A DNA stretch of 64,000 nt from an uncultured Flavobacteriales bacterium (GCA_937129365.1 CAKZNB010000033.1:71253-135252); one strand, 5' to 3'; shown: positions 19,201 through 26,790, numbered from the stretch's first letter. Notes: a model not told the origin generated them from the letters alone. Made by a program: numbers and translations.

Positions 19201-22200
19201 AGTTGCATTTAAAGAAAAAGGGTAATTTCCATTACACAATGTTGAATCTTTAAATATATCATTTGATCTATTTGTAGTGAAAAAGTTTGGAAGACCTAGG
19301 TATCCTTTTCCATTTAATGTAACACTATTTACTAAATAGTTTGGTGAGGAAAAGTTATTAGGGTTATTGAATACGTTTAGATATTTTTCTTCTTCTACAC
19401 AAACATATATTTTTTTATCTGGTCCAAGTTGAAGAGCAGTAGAGTTTGATACACCAGAATACATAGTTTTTTTACTGGATTTAATAGTGGCTGGATTCAA
19501 AACTGATAAATCATATCTATGAATTGAATCACTATTAAATTCTGTTGCGTATAATACAGAATTGTCAGGAGAAAATTCACAGGAATACATGTAATTATTT
19601 ATTCCTAATCCAGATTCAATTACAAGTTCACTACTAATTACCCCAGTGTTATTGTCAAATTGAAAAATAGATAAAATGGAACTTAAGTTTGTGGCTGAAG
19701 CTCTTGATCCTCCAAATGCTGAAGCAAGTAAATCTCCAGTATGAGAAAATTTTAATGCTCCGTGTCTATTATAGCCAGAATATTGCATAGCATTAGTAAC
19801 AGATGATGTTGATATAATAGGTGTTATACTATCTGGTGGAGTCACCCCATCTAGTTTATATGCAAGAAATTGATTGCCTGCACTTGCTGAATTATGCACT
19901 ACTACCCAAATATGGGTTCCATTCTGGTGATAAGTTGCTGCAACTTGTTCTTTTATATCATAAGTTATAGTTTTTGCTGCTGAAACAGAATCATTTGCCT
20001 TGTAATAAATTGCATATTGAAAATTAGTTGAAGTTTGATGCCAATCATTTACAGTGAAAATATAATATAGATTTGTATCTCCTGGAACTGGTGTGATAAT
20101 ACTAGACTGAGCTGAATTAGTTGCTCCTCCTAAACCAACTCCTATCTGTGTGTTACTTGCACTCCAAGCTCTTATACCATTTGAATAAAAAAGAGGATTC
20201 CCTCTTGAATCAGAAATAGAGGCACACCCTTCACCTGTTGACATTGATGACAATGGAATAGCAGATGGGTTTCGAGTTATAGGGTCAAAAGTAATCCCAG
20301 CATAATTACCAAAATACCAGTTGTTCATGAAGTTAGTATTGTCATAACAATTTGAAGAGATATTGACTTGTATATTAGCATTTCCGTTAAAAGTTCCAAT
20401 ACATCCAGCATCACTATAAGAAATCATACTATAATTGGTAGAGGTAGATACTACAGGGATAGTAATATAATGAGGAGAACTAGAAGCAGTACTTGGAAAA
20501 TTTGTTGTACCATCAGTGTAAGTAAAAGTATAAGGTGGATTTCCAGTAAAATCGAATCGTAAAGTGGTTGGATCACCAGAATTTATAACATTATTTCCAG
20601 AAATTGTTGCTGATTGAGTTCCTACACCTACATAATTAATAAATGTGGTAGTATCTGATCCAAATGAATTTGTAGCAATTAAGGTCACATTATAATTTCC
20701 ATTAGTATTGTATTGAATCGTTGGGTTTTGCGACAATGATGTAGCAGGAGTTCCTCCCGGAAAATCCCATTCCCATGAAGTAGCAGGAATCCCCAAACTG
20801 ACATCTTGAAAACTAATAGTTTGAGTTTGACATATTACTTTTCGGTTCGAAGTTATATTTACTATTGGTGGTCCATTTAAACATAATAATGCTAAATCTG
20901 CATTAATTCTTCCTGCTCCTAATTGACCTGAAAATGATGGGTTTAAAGCATCAATATTAGTTGTCGCAGTTGATTTTATACAAAGTTCAACATTTGCAGG
21001 AGAAATTCCAGGCGAATGAGCAACCATTAACCCACAAAGTCCTGCAACAATTGGAGAAGCCATAGAAGTTCCCTGAAAAGAATTGTAAGAAGAAATAGAG
21101 CCTGCTGTAGTACTAAAAATATTTACTCCTGGTGCTACAATATCTATAGTTGGACCCCAATTAGAGAAACTTGCTTTAATATCATTTTTGTTACCTGCAG
21201 CAACACTTATTACATGGTTGTATGAAGCAGGATATGCTAGAGCACTGGTACTATCATTTCCAGCGGCTGCTACAAATATTATCCCCTTCGAATGGCCAGC
21301 ATTAATTATGTTTTGATAAGTTTGATTGTAACTATAACTACCCCAAGACATATTTACAACGTCAACAAATCCACAGTTTACTGCATAATCTAATCCTCCA
21401 AGTGCGCTATCAAGCTTGGCATCAGAATCTCTACCAATTTTAATTGGTAAAATTTGAATATCATAGCCCATTGAAGCAATTCCGATTGAGTTATCAGTTT
21501 TAGCGCCTACTAAGCCTGCAACATGGGTACCATGTGTGAAATAAGAATTTGATGCTGAAGTTGGTGGATTAGGGTTGTTGTCAACACTTGATGCATCCCA
21601 TCCTGTAGTGTCATCAATATAACCGTTTCCATCATCATCAAAACCTGATATTCCACCAATTTCAGAACTATTTTTGAACATTACTGGAGCTAAATCTCGA
21701 TGAGAAGTTAAAATCGCATCATCTACAACTGCTATTACTACCTTTCTTGCTGTTGTAGAAGCTGTAGCTCTATATGTATCCCAAGCAGCATGAGCATTTA
21801 TTTTGGTTAAATACCATTGTTTGTTTAGAACGAAATCAGGGTCAGTTATGGTGTGAAAAGATTTTACTTCTACATCTGTTTCAGCATATTCAATAAATTC
21901 ATATTGCTCTAGAGTTTCAATTAACTTTTGAAAGTTTTTTTTATAATTTGTTAATTCAATAGCAAAAGTCACATCAAGTGCTTTACTTCTTGTTTTAACA
22001 GGATCATAAATTTTAGAAATACCAAATTTTGTAATTAACCTATTAAATTCTTTGGTATAAATATTTGCCTGTAAATCTTCTCCTTTGTTGTAATTAAGAG
22101 TGATTTTTTTTGATTCGTCTTTAAACTTGAAAAAAATTCTTTCGTTTGATAATAATATTGAGCAACTCAATATAAATAGTAGTAGTAAGTTTATTTTTTT

Positions 22201-22203
22201 CAT
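13255..22203 (-). CDS. Giant T9SS-secreted multidomain subtilase (peptidase S8 with PKD array, novel repeat modules and a Por secretion tail)
   Basis: The likely start is the ATG at 22203 (MKKINLLLLFILSCSILLS signal peptide); the track start is 22254. S8 triad motifs are VVIAVVDDA, HGTHVAG and GTSMASP. There are multiple PKD units (WNFG..., NxCG...). C-terminus: LFPNPTNGRVTISL...GVYLVKITDENNKQYIMKMIKI. Confidence 0.9.
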   Translation of the reverse strand: MKKINLLLLFILSCSILLSNERIFFKFKDESKKITLNYNKGEDLQANIYTKEFNRLITKFGISKIYDPVKTRSKALDVTFAIELTNYKKNFQKLIETLEQYEFIEYAETDVEVKSFHTITDPDFVLNKQWYLTKINAHAAWDTYRATASTTARKVVIAVVDDAILTSHRDLAPVMFKNSSEIGGISGFDDDGNGYIDDTTGWDASSVDNNPNPPTSASNSYFTHGTHVAGLVGAKTDNSIGIASMGYDIQILPIKIGRDSDAKLDSALGGLDYAVNCGFVDVVNMSWGSYSYNQTYQNIINAGHSKGIIFVAAAGNDSTSALAYPASYNHVISVAAGNKNDIKASFSNWGPTIDIVAPGVNIFSTTAGSISSYNSFQGTSMASPIVAGLCGLMVAHSPGISPANVELCIKSTATTNIDALNPSFSGQLGAGRINADLALLCLNGPPIVNITSNRKVICQTQTISFQDVSLGIPATSWEWDFPGGTPATSLSQNPTIQYNTNGNYNVTLIATNSFGSDTTTFINYVGVGTQSATISGNNVINSGDPTTLRFDFTGNPPYTFTYTDGTTNFPSTASSSPHYITIPVVSTSTNYSMISYSDAGCIGTFNGNANIQVNISSNCYDNTNFMNNWYFGNYAGITFDPITRNPSAIPLSSMSTGEGCASISDSRGNPLFYSNGIRAWSASNTQIGVGLGGATNSAQSSIITPVPGDTNLYYIFTVNDWHQTSTNFQYAIYYKANDSVSAAKTITYDIKEQVAATYHQNGTHIWVVVHNSASAGNQFLAYKLDGVTPPDSITPIISTSSVTNAMQYSGYNRHGALKFSHTGDLLASAFGGSRASATNLSSILSIFQFDNNTGVISSELVIESGLGINNYMYSCEFSPDNSVLYATEFNSDSIHRYDLSVLNPATIKSSKKTMYSGVSNSTALQLGPDKKIYVCVEEEKYLNVFNNPNNFSSPNYLVNSVTLNGKGYLGLPNFFTTNRSNDIFKDSTLCNGNYPFSLNATAVGGISNVEWFNGSGISLSTSNTYSISGPGSYYVDRTTTAGCIWRDYFTISNGTAPSLIANDTSFCLGETMQLSSSGTGTVKWYPSASLSNDAINNPIFIGTSSQKLILIRTGINGCITKDSINVFIDSNCCGVIADFYSSDTTICVGSTINFTNTSSTTSTTSPLTYLWNFGTGALPSTSTSTNSSVLFNTTGTHNVTLIASNNCGIDTSYLTINVIGLPDLSSFNDTNICFDSLSGGIQLGSTPISTYNYSWSPSLGLSNPNIANPIYSGLTSQQYTVSVTNNFGCISTKTIQINFIQKPNINIGNNRTFCPGYNLYFSNNATNPATPLITYNWNFGASQIPTSSSLPNPRSIFNTPGVHNVTLSMTNICGTSVDTIEVTILGKPNANIGPNVTICQDDTIIFANTDTNITSYTTSWYFQGGSPTHSTLPNPSVSFSNLGTNLVSLTLRNNCFVTTVTKYVNVLPKPRVNIGPDKTICEGMNITFANSLANSGFPSYNWSFGPGASISSSTLLYPTVTFNTPGTNMVILTMTNSCGSKMDTMYVTVNKKPKANIGANQTICSGATINFADTATNTAAYSYNWNFGAGSGIPNSTSPNPSVTFANAGTFTVTLTMTNTCGTSTATKVITVNQAPAANIGANQTICSGATINFADTATNTAAYSYNWTFGTGSGISSSTSPNPSVTFANAGTFTVTLTMTNTCGTSTATKVVTVNQAPAANIGANQTICEGDIINFSNSAPNPFSSALSYSWNFGTGASPSSSTSPTPSVTFNTAGAYTVSLTLTNSCGTVTVNKVITVNQKPNVNIGPDQTICQGSSINFGNTAGNPFSSSLGYSWNFGPFATPSTSTNPNPIVTFNNPGIHMVTLTMGNDCGESTDTMYVTVNPNPDISGFMDTVICIGPSFPRDIPIGEAPITGYTYNWTPAANLTNPSASRTIARIYSAPATFTVTVTNSYGCMARRTVTITEDTCCPTAVASVNNDSLCLGDSFNFTYGGTKNVSGNLYKNGTLVSPICFNAAQTPITYFVSQNATIQANGDLLKTAGGNSWGTTGVASAMSTQQIQPGEYIEWDIQGQANNMQAGIMIGLSYNPAAISSWNTVDYALYHFTGNYEIYENGGTSRPFITPPIAVNAGDRMRIERNGGNIDYYINCVLVRSTLETMPTNSMRVEIAMWAQGSRVTGLVRGTICGPCINPLNTINFPDPAINPPTYIVGNTISTTALGTGNFTFEIIACDTLCCDTANVTINIDSCCPTAVAILDDSVLCIGDTVNFTYGGGSSTTGKIFKNGTYLSDICFNSQKTPITNNLVQHVTVQSNGDILKTSGGNSWSSVGKARSIQQILDGEYIEFEMKRSSPNLGGTMIGLAYSVNSSSNWQNIDYAFYDYSSNYNIYESGNGNSTLNPRTTGDIMRIERDGGTIRYYINCVPLTKTALESATQLAMPMTVQIEMWRQGASISNLVKGKICGSCNNPLGNINFPDPNLNPPTFITNNAPIPTAGLSPGTYTFQIITCEFLCCDTAEVSFFIDSCCPIAVAILDDTTICLDDSVNFTYGGGPFVTGNIYRNGTFISQLCFNSQKTPITFNSLQNTTVQTNGDLLKTGGGNSWTTSVTGKGQSVQQILPGEFVEWEIQGNSTNFQRGIMMGLSYNIPANSTWNTVDYSLYNYFGNYQIYENGANPLNTGTVTAGDMMRIERNGGNIIYYINCVPIRTVAEPTAQAALPMLVEIVMYAQNSRVHGLVKGRICGSCVNPFSHINFPDPTLNPPAYLANTTITTAGLIPGTYTFEIIACDLICCDTTEVTFVLDTCCDSLQIKYVITSNPRVANPGIVQLNTIGGTGPYTYTLVGGSTNNTGLFKNLAILTTYTFIITDAMGCSKTITIYIPKDLKGSGTRGSNNTTLEEVNLVNNQMKLFPNPTNGRVTISLESTNFSQIEVIHSSSGKTVIRKTLAETTNKTTLDVNSLTTGVYLVKITDENNKQYIMKMIKI
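13258..13491 (-). other. T9SS type-A C-terminal sorting domain of the giant protein
   Basis: Last ~78 aa: KLFPNPTNGRVTISLES...TTGVYLVKITDENNKQYIMKMIKI. Confidence 0.8.
13798..16293 (-). repeat. Three tandem ~830-bp (276-279 aa) coding modules of uncharacterised type
   Basis: Module boundaries fall at Cys-Cys codons 16293, 15456, 14628 and 13797. Each module starts CCP(T/I)AVA and ends CCDT-x9-D(S/T)CC. The conserved blocks are listed in the findings. Confidence 0.85.
16546..18807 (-). repeat. Array of about eight PKD-like Ig domains (coding)
   Basis: Recurrent ~83-aa unit (A/P)NIG(A/P)(N/D)QTIC.G..I.F.....(Y/S)(S/N)W.FG.G...S.S.NP.V.F...G...V.L...N.CG. Confidence 0.8.
17021..17518 (-). repeat. 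Two near-identical 249-bp tandem PKD-unit repeats
   Basis: Manual alignment of 17021-17269 against 17270-17518 gives 11 substitutions and no indels. Confidence 0.9.
20890..21822 (-). other. Peptidase S8 (subtilisin) catalytic domain of the giant protein
   Basis: Asp (VVDD, about aa 178), His (HGTHVAG, about aa 241) and Ser (GTSMASP, about aa 397), numbered from the ORF-track start. Confidence 0.85.
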
Positions 22204-22408
22204 GGTTTTATATTTTGATGAACTTAAACCTACTTCAATTAGTAGTATTATCAAACGCTCAACCTATGATCGGTTGTTGTAAATTTATAATCTGTTGTTT
22301 TCAATCGATGATCTGTAATTTTTAATTTGCATTAAAAAAGGATAAAAAAAGTAAGAATTTCTGGTACGATTCTTGTTAATTTACTGTTAACATAAAAAAG
22401 CAAACACT

Positions 22409-23008
22409 ATGAAAAAAGTTTTACTCCCAGCCCTTTTTATTTTATCAACTCTTGTAGGTTATTCTCAAATTCAAGAATATTCAGCCGTTATTCCTATGGA
22501 AGAAAATCCTGATTATTATGTTGTAAGTAGAACTATGGATTCTACTTTTATAACCTACAGCTGGAAAGGGATTACTGTAAACAACCTTACTTATTCTGTT
22601 CAGAAAGGAAAAGGTAAGAAAAAAGATTTTAGAGGAATTAGAGAAAGGCAAAAACGCTACTTGATTACCCCAGAAAAAGATACAGCCTATTTTATTGAAA
22701 AAAATGTTCCAGAGATTTATGTCAATGATTCGCTTACTATTGAAAAAGTAGCCACAGATTTTGGTTGGCAATTTGTGAACCACAAAAATGAAGTAATTTG
22801 CGAAGTAGATTTATTATGGAATAATGTACAGTGGAATTATTACATGCGTTACTACCGAGGAGGAGTGGAAGCAAAAGCAGTAAAAGAATATCTCTCAATG
22901 AATATGGTTCCTATGGCAAAGGGCAGAAGCAATTTTCAAACCGCTACCGATGAAGCTGGCGATTTCTTTTTAGATATGCTGATGTGGTTTGTTATTTTTT
23001 CGGATTAA
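22409..23008 (+). CDS. Hypothetical secreted protein
   Basis: Signal peptide MKKVLLPALFILSTLVGYSQ. No recognised domain. Confidence 0.5.
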   Translation: MKKVLLPALFILSTLVGYSQIQEYSAVIPMEENPDYYVVSRTMDSTFITYSWKGITVNNLTYSVQKGKGKKKDFRGIRERQKRYLITPEKDTAYFIEKNVPEIYVNDSLTIEKVATDFGWQFVNHKNEVICEVDLLWNNVQWNYYMRYYRGGVEAKAVKEYLSMNMVPMAKGRSNFQTATDEAGDFFLDMLMWFVIFSD

Positions 23009-23010
23009 AA

Positions 23011-23037
23011 AAAGAGCAAATTATTAATTTGCTCTTT
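23011..23037. terminator. Bidirectional rho-independent terminator
   Basis: AAAGAGCAAATT (23011-23022) pairs with AATTTGCTCTTT (23026-23037), with a 3-nt loop and flanking A and T runs. Confidence 0.8.
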
Positions 23038-23062
23038 TTAAATTTTAATACTAATTAAATGC

Positions 23063-23752
23063 TTAAAAATTAGGCTTTAATTTATGATTATCATAAAACT
23101 CATTAATAATATCTATAGCCTCTTGTGGTTCGTCTACAATTTGCATCAAATCCATGTCTTCAGGGCTGATGTTATTTTCTTCACCGAGCATAGTATCTTT
23201 AATCCAATCAACCATTCCAGACCAATATTCGCTACCCATTAATATAATTGGGAATTTGGCAATCTTTTTGGTTTGAATAAGAGTCAAAGCTTCAAATAAT
23301 TCATCTAGTGTCCCAAAACCTCCGGGTATTGCAATAAATCCTTGGGCATATTTTACAAACATTACTTTACGGACAAAGAAATAATCAAAATCAATTGATT
23401 TATCGCTATCGATATAAGGATTTGAAGATTGCTCAAACGGTAATTCAATATTTAAACCTACAGAAATACCAGCACCTCTTCTTGCACCTCTATTTCCAGC
23501 TTCCATAATTCCTGGCCCACCACCTGTAATTACCCCATAGTTGTTTTGGGTTAGGAGGTAAGATACCTCTTCAGCCATTTTATAATATTTGTTGTCTTCT
23601 TTTGTTCTGGCAGAACCAAATACAGATACGCAAGGTCCTATTTTAGCCAGTTTATCATATCCTTCAACAAATTCAGCCATTATTTTAAAAATAGCCCAAC
23701 TATCGTTTGTTTTTATTTCGTTCCATTCTTTATTTTCTACTTTTCTTCCCAT
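23063..23752 (-). CDS. LOG-family protein (TIGR00730; cytokinin-riboside 5'-monophosphate phosphoribohydrolase-like nucleotide hydrolase)
   Basis: GGGPGIMEA and PGGFGTLDELFE motifs. Confidence 0.85.
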   Translation of the reverse strand: MGRKVENKEWNEIKTNDSWAIFKIMAEFVEGYDKLAKIGPCVSVFGSARTKEDNKYYKMAEEVSYLLTQNNYGVITGGGPGIMEAGNRGARRGAGISVGLNIELPFEQSSNPYIDSDKSIDFDYFFVRKVMFVKYAQGFIAIPGGFGTLDELFEALTLIQTKKIAKFPIILMGSEYWSGMVDWIKDTMLGEENNISPEDMDLMQIVDEPQEAIDIINEFYDNHKLKPNF

Positions 23753-23776
23753 AGTGATGTTTTATAAATGTCATAA

Positions 23777-23806
23777 AAAAATCCCGAGAGTTTTGTCGGG
23801 ATTTTA
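23777..23806 (-). terminator. Rho-independent terminator downstream of the acyl-CoA dehydrogenase gene
   Basis: AAATCCCGA pairs with TCGGGATTT. On the minus strand a T-run follows the stem (plus-strand AAAAAAA at 23774-23780). Confidence 0.7.
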
Positions 23807-23822
23807 AATCTTGTTTTTTTTC

Positions 23823-23923
23823 TTGTCATCTTGAACTTGATTCAGGATCTCACTAAGAATATTTCACGTTAACTTTGGTAATATTTCAATGAAATAGATT
23901 CCGTATCAAGTTCGGAATGACAA
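23823..23923 (+). repeat. MITE-like double-hairpin intergenic repeat (copy B)
   Basis: TTGTCATCTTGAActtgaTTCAGGATCTCACTAAGAATATTTCAC...ATAGATTCCGTAtcaagTTCGGAATGACAA. It has TTGTCAT/ATGACAA termini and shares the core with copy A. Confidence 0.7.
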
Positions 23924-23950
23924 TGAACTTAAACGGATAATAATTTAAAC

Positions 23951-25090
23951 TTATTTCAAAATACTCCTCGAAATTACAATTTTTTGTATCTCAGAAGTAC
24001 CTTCGTATATCTGTGTAATTTTAGCATCTCTCATCAACCTTTCTACATGGTATTCTTTTACAAATCCGTATCCTCCATGCACTTGTACAGCTTCAACAGT
24101 TACTTCCATGGCTACTTTACTTGCGTATAGTTTAGCCATTGCAGAAGCTTCTGTGTAATCCATTCCTTGATCTTTAAGCCAAGCAGCTTTGTAAACCAAC
24201 AATCTTGCAGCTTCAATCTCTGTGGCCATATCTGCTAATTTAAAAGCGATAGCTTGGTGATTGTGAATTGGTTTTCCAAAAGTTTCTCTTTCTTTACTAT
24301 ATTGAAGAGCTAATTCATAAGCTCCCGCAGCAATTCCTAATGCTTGTGCAGCAATTCCTATTCTACCTCCAGATAGAGTAGACATGGCAAATTTGAATCC
24401 GAATCCATCTTCTCCAATTCTATTTTCTTTTGGAACTTTCACATCACTAAAAGTAAGAGTGTGTGTATCACTTCCTCTAATTCCTAATTTATCTTCTTTA
24501 GCACCTACTTCAAATCCAGGCATTCCTTTTTCTACGATAAGGGCATTAATCCCTCTGTGCCCTTTTTCAGCATCAGTTTGTGCAATTACCAAATACGTAG
24601 AGGCAGAACCTCCATTGGTAATCCAGTTTTTGGTTCCGTTTACTAAGTAATGATCCCCCATATCAATGGCAGTAGTTCTTTGCGAAGTTGCATCCGATCC
24701 TGCTTCTGGTTCTGACAAGCAAAAAGCTCCAATTTTTTCACCTCTGGCAAGTGGTTGTAAGTACTTTTTCTTTTGTTCTTCGTTTCCGTATTGTTCTAAC
24801 CCATAGCAAACTAACGAATTATTTACAGAAACCACAACAGATACAGAAGCATCTACTTTTGAAATTTCTTCCATCGCGATAGCATAAGAAACGGTATCCA
24901 TTCCACTTCCTCCATTTTCAGGTTTTGTCATCATTCCCAAAAAACCTAGTTCTCCTAGTTCTTTTATTTGTTCAGCAGGGAAACGTTGTTCGTTGTCTCT
25001 CTCTATAACTCCTGGTAAACATGAGTTTTGTGCAAAATCTCTGGCAGCTTGTTGTACTGCTAATTGTTCTTCTGATAATTCGAAATTCAT
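23951..25090 (-). CDS. Acyl-CoA dehydrogenase (short-chain/butyryl-CoA type)
   Basis: Full-length ACAD: LSEPEAGSD, WITNG, and C-terminal QIYEGTSEIQ motifs. Confidence 0.9.
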   Translation of the reverse strand: MNFELSEEQLAVQQAARDFAQNSCLPGVIERDNEQRFPAEQIKELGELGFLGMMTKPENGGSGMDTVSYAIAMEEISKVDASVSVVVSVNNSLVCYGLEQYGNEEQKKKYLQPLARGEKIGAFCLSEPEAGSDATSQRTTAIDMGDHYLVNGTKNWITNGGSASTYLVIAQTDAEKGHRGINALIVEKGMPGFEVGAKEDKLGIRGSDTHTLTFSDVKVPKENRIGEDGFGFKFAMSTLSGGRIGIAAQALGIAAGAYELALQYSKERETFGKPIHNHQAIAFKLADMATEIEAARLLVYKAAWLKDQGMDYTEASAMAKLYASKVAMEVTVEAVQVHGGYGFVKEYHVERLMRDAKITQIYEGTSEIQKIVISRSILK

Positions 25091-25190
25091 AGGTTAGTTT
25101 TTTTACTGTCCAAAGATACTTTTTTGTTTACTATTTGTAAAGTTCATTGAAAGAAATATTATCAGGAATAAATTATTTCATCATCAATAG

Positions 25191-25202
25191 TTGATATATC
25201 AA
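25191..25202. promoter_or_regulatory. Palindromic operator candidate TTGATATATCAA (site 1, upstream of marR)
   Basis: Perfect 12-bp palindrome. It is repeated exactly at 25685-25696 and lies 11 nt upstream of a TAcaTTTG -7 box. Confidence 0.5.
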
Positions 25203-25212
25203 TTAAATAATT

Positions 25213-25220
25213 TACATTTG
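25213..25220 (+). promoter_or_regulatory. Candidate Bacteroidota -7 promoter box (TACATTTG)
   Basis: Matches TAnnTTTG, 10 nt upstream of the ATG at 25230. Confidence 0.35.
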
Positions 25221-25229
25221 TCCATCACT

Positions 25230-25667
25230 ATGAGTAAAAAACAAAAAATAGAAGATGTAATTTTATTTCAACTGGATTTAACCAGTAAAATATCTAAGCA
25301 ATATTCTCAGAGAGATTTTGATAAGTTGAAGTTGGGGATTACTGTGGAGCAATGGGTGTTGTTAAAAATAATTTCGGAATCGAAAGATTTAACTCAAAAG
25401 GAATTGGCTCATAAATCCTACAGAGATCCAGCTTCTATTACCAGAACGTTGGATATATTGGAAAAAAAAGAGTTTTTGTATAGAGAAGCAATTCCTAATA
25501 ATAGAAGGTCCTATCACATTGTGTTATCAAGCAAAGGAAGACAATTTATTGAGACTCACATGGATTTGATTGTGAGACATAGAGAGAATAGTATTAAAGG
25601 GATTTCGAAAAAAAATCTCACTATAATGAGTGAAATATTAACTAAAATGAGAGAAAATATGAAGTAG
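25230..25667 (+). CDS. MarR-family transcriptional regulator
   Basis: Winged-helix region LTQKELAHKSYRDPASITRTLDILEKKEFLYRE..NRRSY. The track start at 25191 is a TTG inside the palindrome; the ATG at 25230 is preferred. Confidence 0.85.
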   Translation: MSKKQKIEDVILFQLDLTSKISKQYSQRDFDKLKLGITVEQWVLLKIISESKDLTQKELAHKSYRDPASITRTLDILEKKEFLYREAIPNNRRSYHIVLSSKGRQFIETHMDLIVRHRENSIKGISKKNLTIMSEILTKMRENMK

Positions 25668-25684
25668 TTTTTTTGAACTATAAA

Positions 25685-25696
25685 TTGATATATCAA
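25685..25696. promoter_or_regulatory. Palindromic operator candidate TTGATATATCAA (site 2, upstream of the DOMON-like gene)
   Basis: Same 12-mer as site 1, extended here to ATTGATATATCAAT. It is followed by a related TTGATaaatcATCAA. Confidence 0.5.
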
Positions 25697-25725
25697 TATT
25701 TGATAAATCATCAAAATAAATAAAT

Positions 25726-26232
25726 ATGAAACAAATAATAAGAGGATTAGGGATATTAATAGGATTTGGAATCTTATTGAATTTTCAGACAAAACCTAAG
25801 AACACAATTGTTAAAAATGGGTTAGAGGTTACCTGGAAACATAAAGGCGATAGAGTACATTTTACTATGAAGGCACCAACATCTGGATGGGTTGCGATTG
25901 GTTTTAATTCTCAATCAGGCACAAAAGGGACTTATCTTATAATGGGTAAAGTAGAAAACAAAAAAGCTACTGTGGTTGAATATTATACGCTTAGTCCTGG
26001 CAATTATAAACCGATTAAATCATTAGGTGATAAAATTGAAGTAGAGGAGGTGAGTGGGGTTCAAAAAGGAAATACTACTCAATTAAAATTTTCTTTACCA
26101 GTAAAATCTGCAAGTAAATATAAGAGAGATTTATCAAGAGGAAACACTTATTTTTTGCTTTTAGCTTATAGTTCAGAAGATGATTTTCAGCATCATTCGA
26201 GGATGAGAACTGAGGTGAAAATCAATTTGTAA
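25726..26232 (+). CDS. DOMON-like domain secreted protein
   Basis: Signal peptide; the pattern VTWKHKGDRVHFTMKAPTSGWVAIGFN...YLIMG resembles DOMON beta-sandwich domains. Confidence 0.45.
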   Translation: MKQIIRGLGILIGFGILLNFQTKPKNTIVKNGLEVTWKHKGDRVHFTMKAPTSGWVAIGFNSQSGTKGTYLIMGKVENKKATVVEYYTLSPGNYKPIKSLGDKIEVEEVSGVQKGNTTQLKFSLPVKSASKYKRDLSRGNTYFLLLAYSSEDDFQHHSRMRTEVKINL

Positions 26233-26284
26233 AATAGGAAGAGACTAAATCAACATATTAATTAATATATAAACCAAAAAAACA

Positions 26285-26737
26285 ATGAAAAGAATGAACA
26301 AAATCGGAATCTTAATGCTAATAGTATTTGCAATGAGTTGTAGCGCATCAAAGAATCAAAATCAGGTAAAAATGAATCCAGAGAACAAAAAAATAACTTC
26401 GGTTATTGTTGCTTTTTCAAAAGCTGGAGATGTAAATAATGCCAAAGAGTTAAGTAATTATTTGGATGATAATTACCGAGTGGTGATGAATAGATTGTTT
26501 GGAAGTAAAAGTGTGAGTGTGATGTCAAAAGCTGAATATGTTGAAAAAATAGAGACAAAAGTTTTTGGTGGAGATAAGAGAGTAGTTACTGTAGAACAAA
26601 TAATTATGAATGGAACAACTGCGGTTGCTAAGGTTGTTTTTAAAGGAGAAAAAGCCACTTTCCACTCACTAATGACTTTGCTAAAAGATGCTTCGGGGAG
26701 ATGGTTACTTGTAAGCGACACCCCAACTGTAGCCTGA
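26285..26737 (+). CDS. NTF2-like (SnoaL/lumazine-binding-like) lipoprotein
   Basis: Lipobox FAMSCS; the length and the C-terminal GRWLLVSD pattern are typical of the NTF2-like fold. Confidence 0.4.
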   Translation: MKRMNKIGILMLIVFAMSCSASKNQNQVKMNPENKKITSVIVAFSKAGDVNNAKELSNYLDDNYRVVMNRLFGSKSVSVMSKAEYVEKIETKVFGGDKRVVTVEQIIMNGTTAVAKVVFKGEKATFHSLMTLLKDASGRWLLVSDTPTVA

Positions 26738-26746
26738 TTTCAAAAG

Positions 26747-26790
26747 TTGTATTGGAGTGTATTAAATAAAAATAGACTCCAATACAATTT
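26747..26790 (+). terminator. Putative terminator hairpin
   Basis: TTGTATTGGAGT (26747-26758) pairs with ACTCCAATACAA (26776-26787), with a 17-nt loop, followed by TTTT. Confidence 0.5.

Noticed and set aside
22255-22408. Loosely repeated ATC(G/T)GTTGTT / GATCTGTAATTT strings and a weak hairpin upstream of the giant gene
   Set aside because: The matches are short and imperfect with no clear symmetry or phasing. There is not enough evidence for a regulatory element.
23063-23752. LOG-family gene as part of a nucleotide-signalling conflict system
   Set aside because: It is a standard stand-alone TIGR00730-type LOG protein with its own terminators on both sides and no associated effector genes.
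26256-26269. AT-only palindrome ATATTAATTAATAT between the DOMON-like and NTF2-like genes
   Set aside because: Such palindromes are expected by chance in very AT-rich intergenic DNA. It is not repeated elsewhere in the window.
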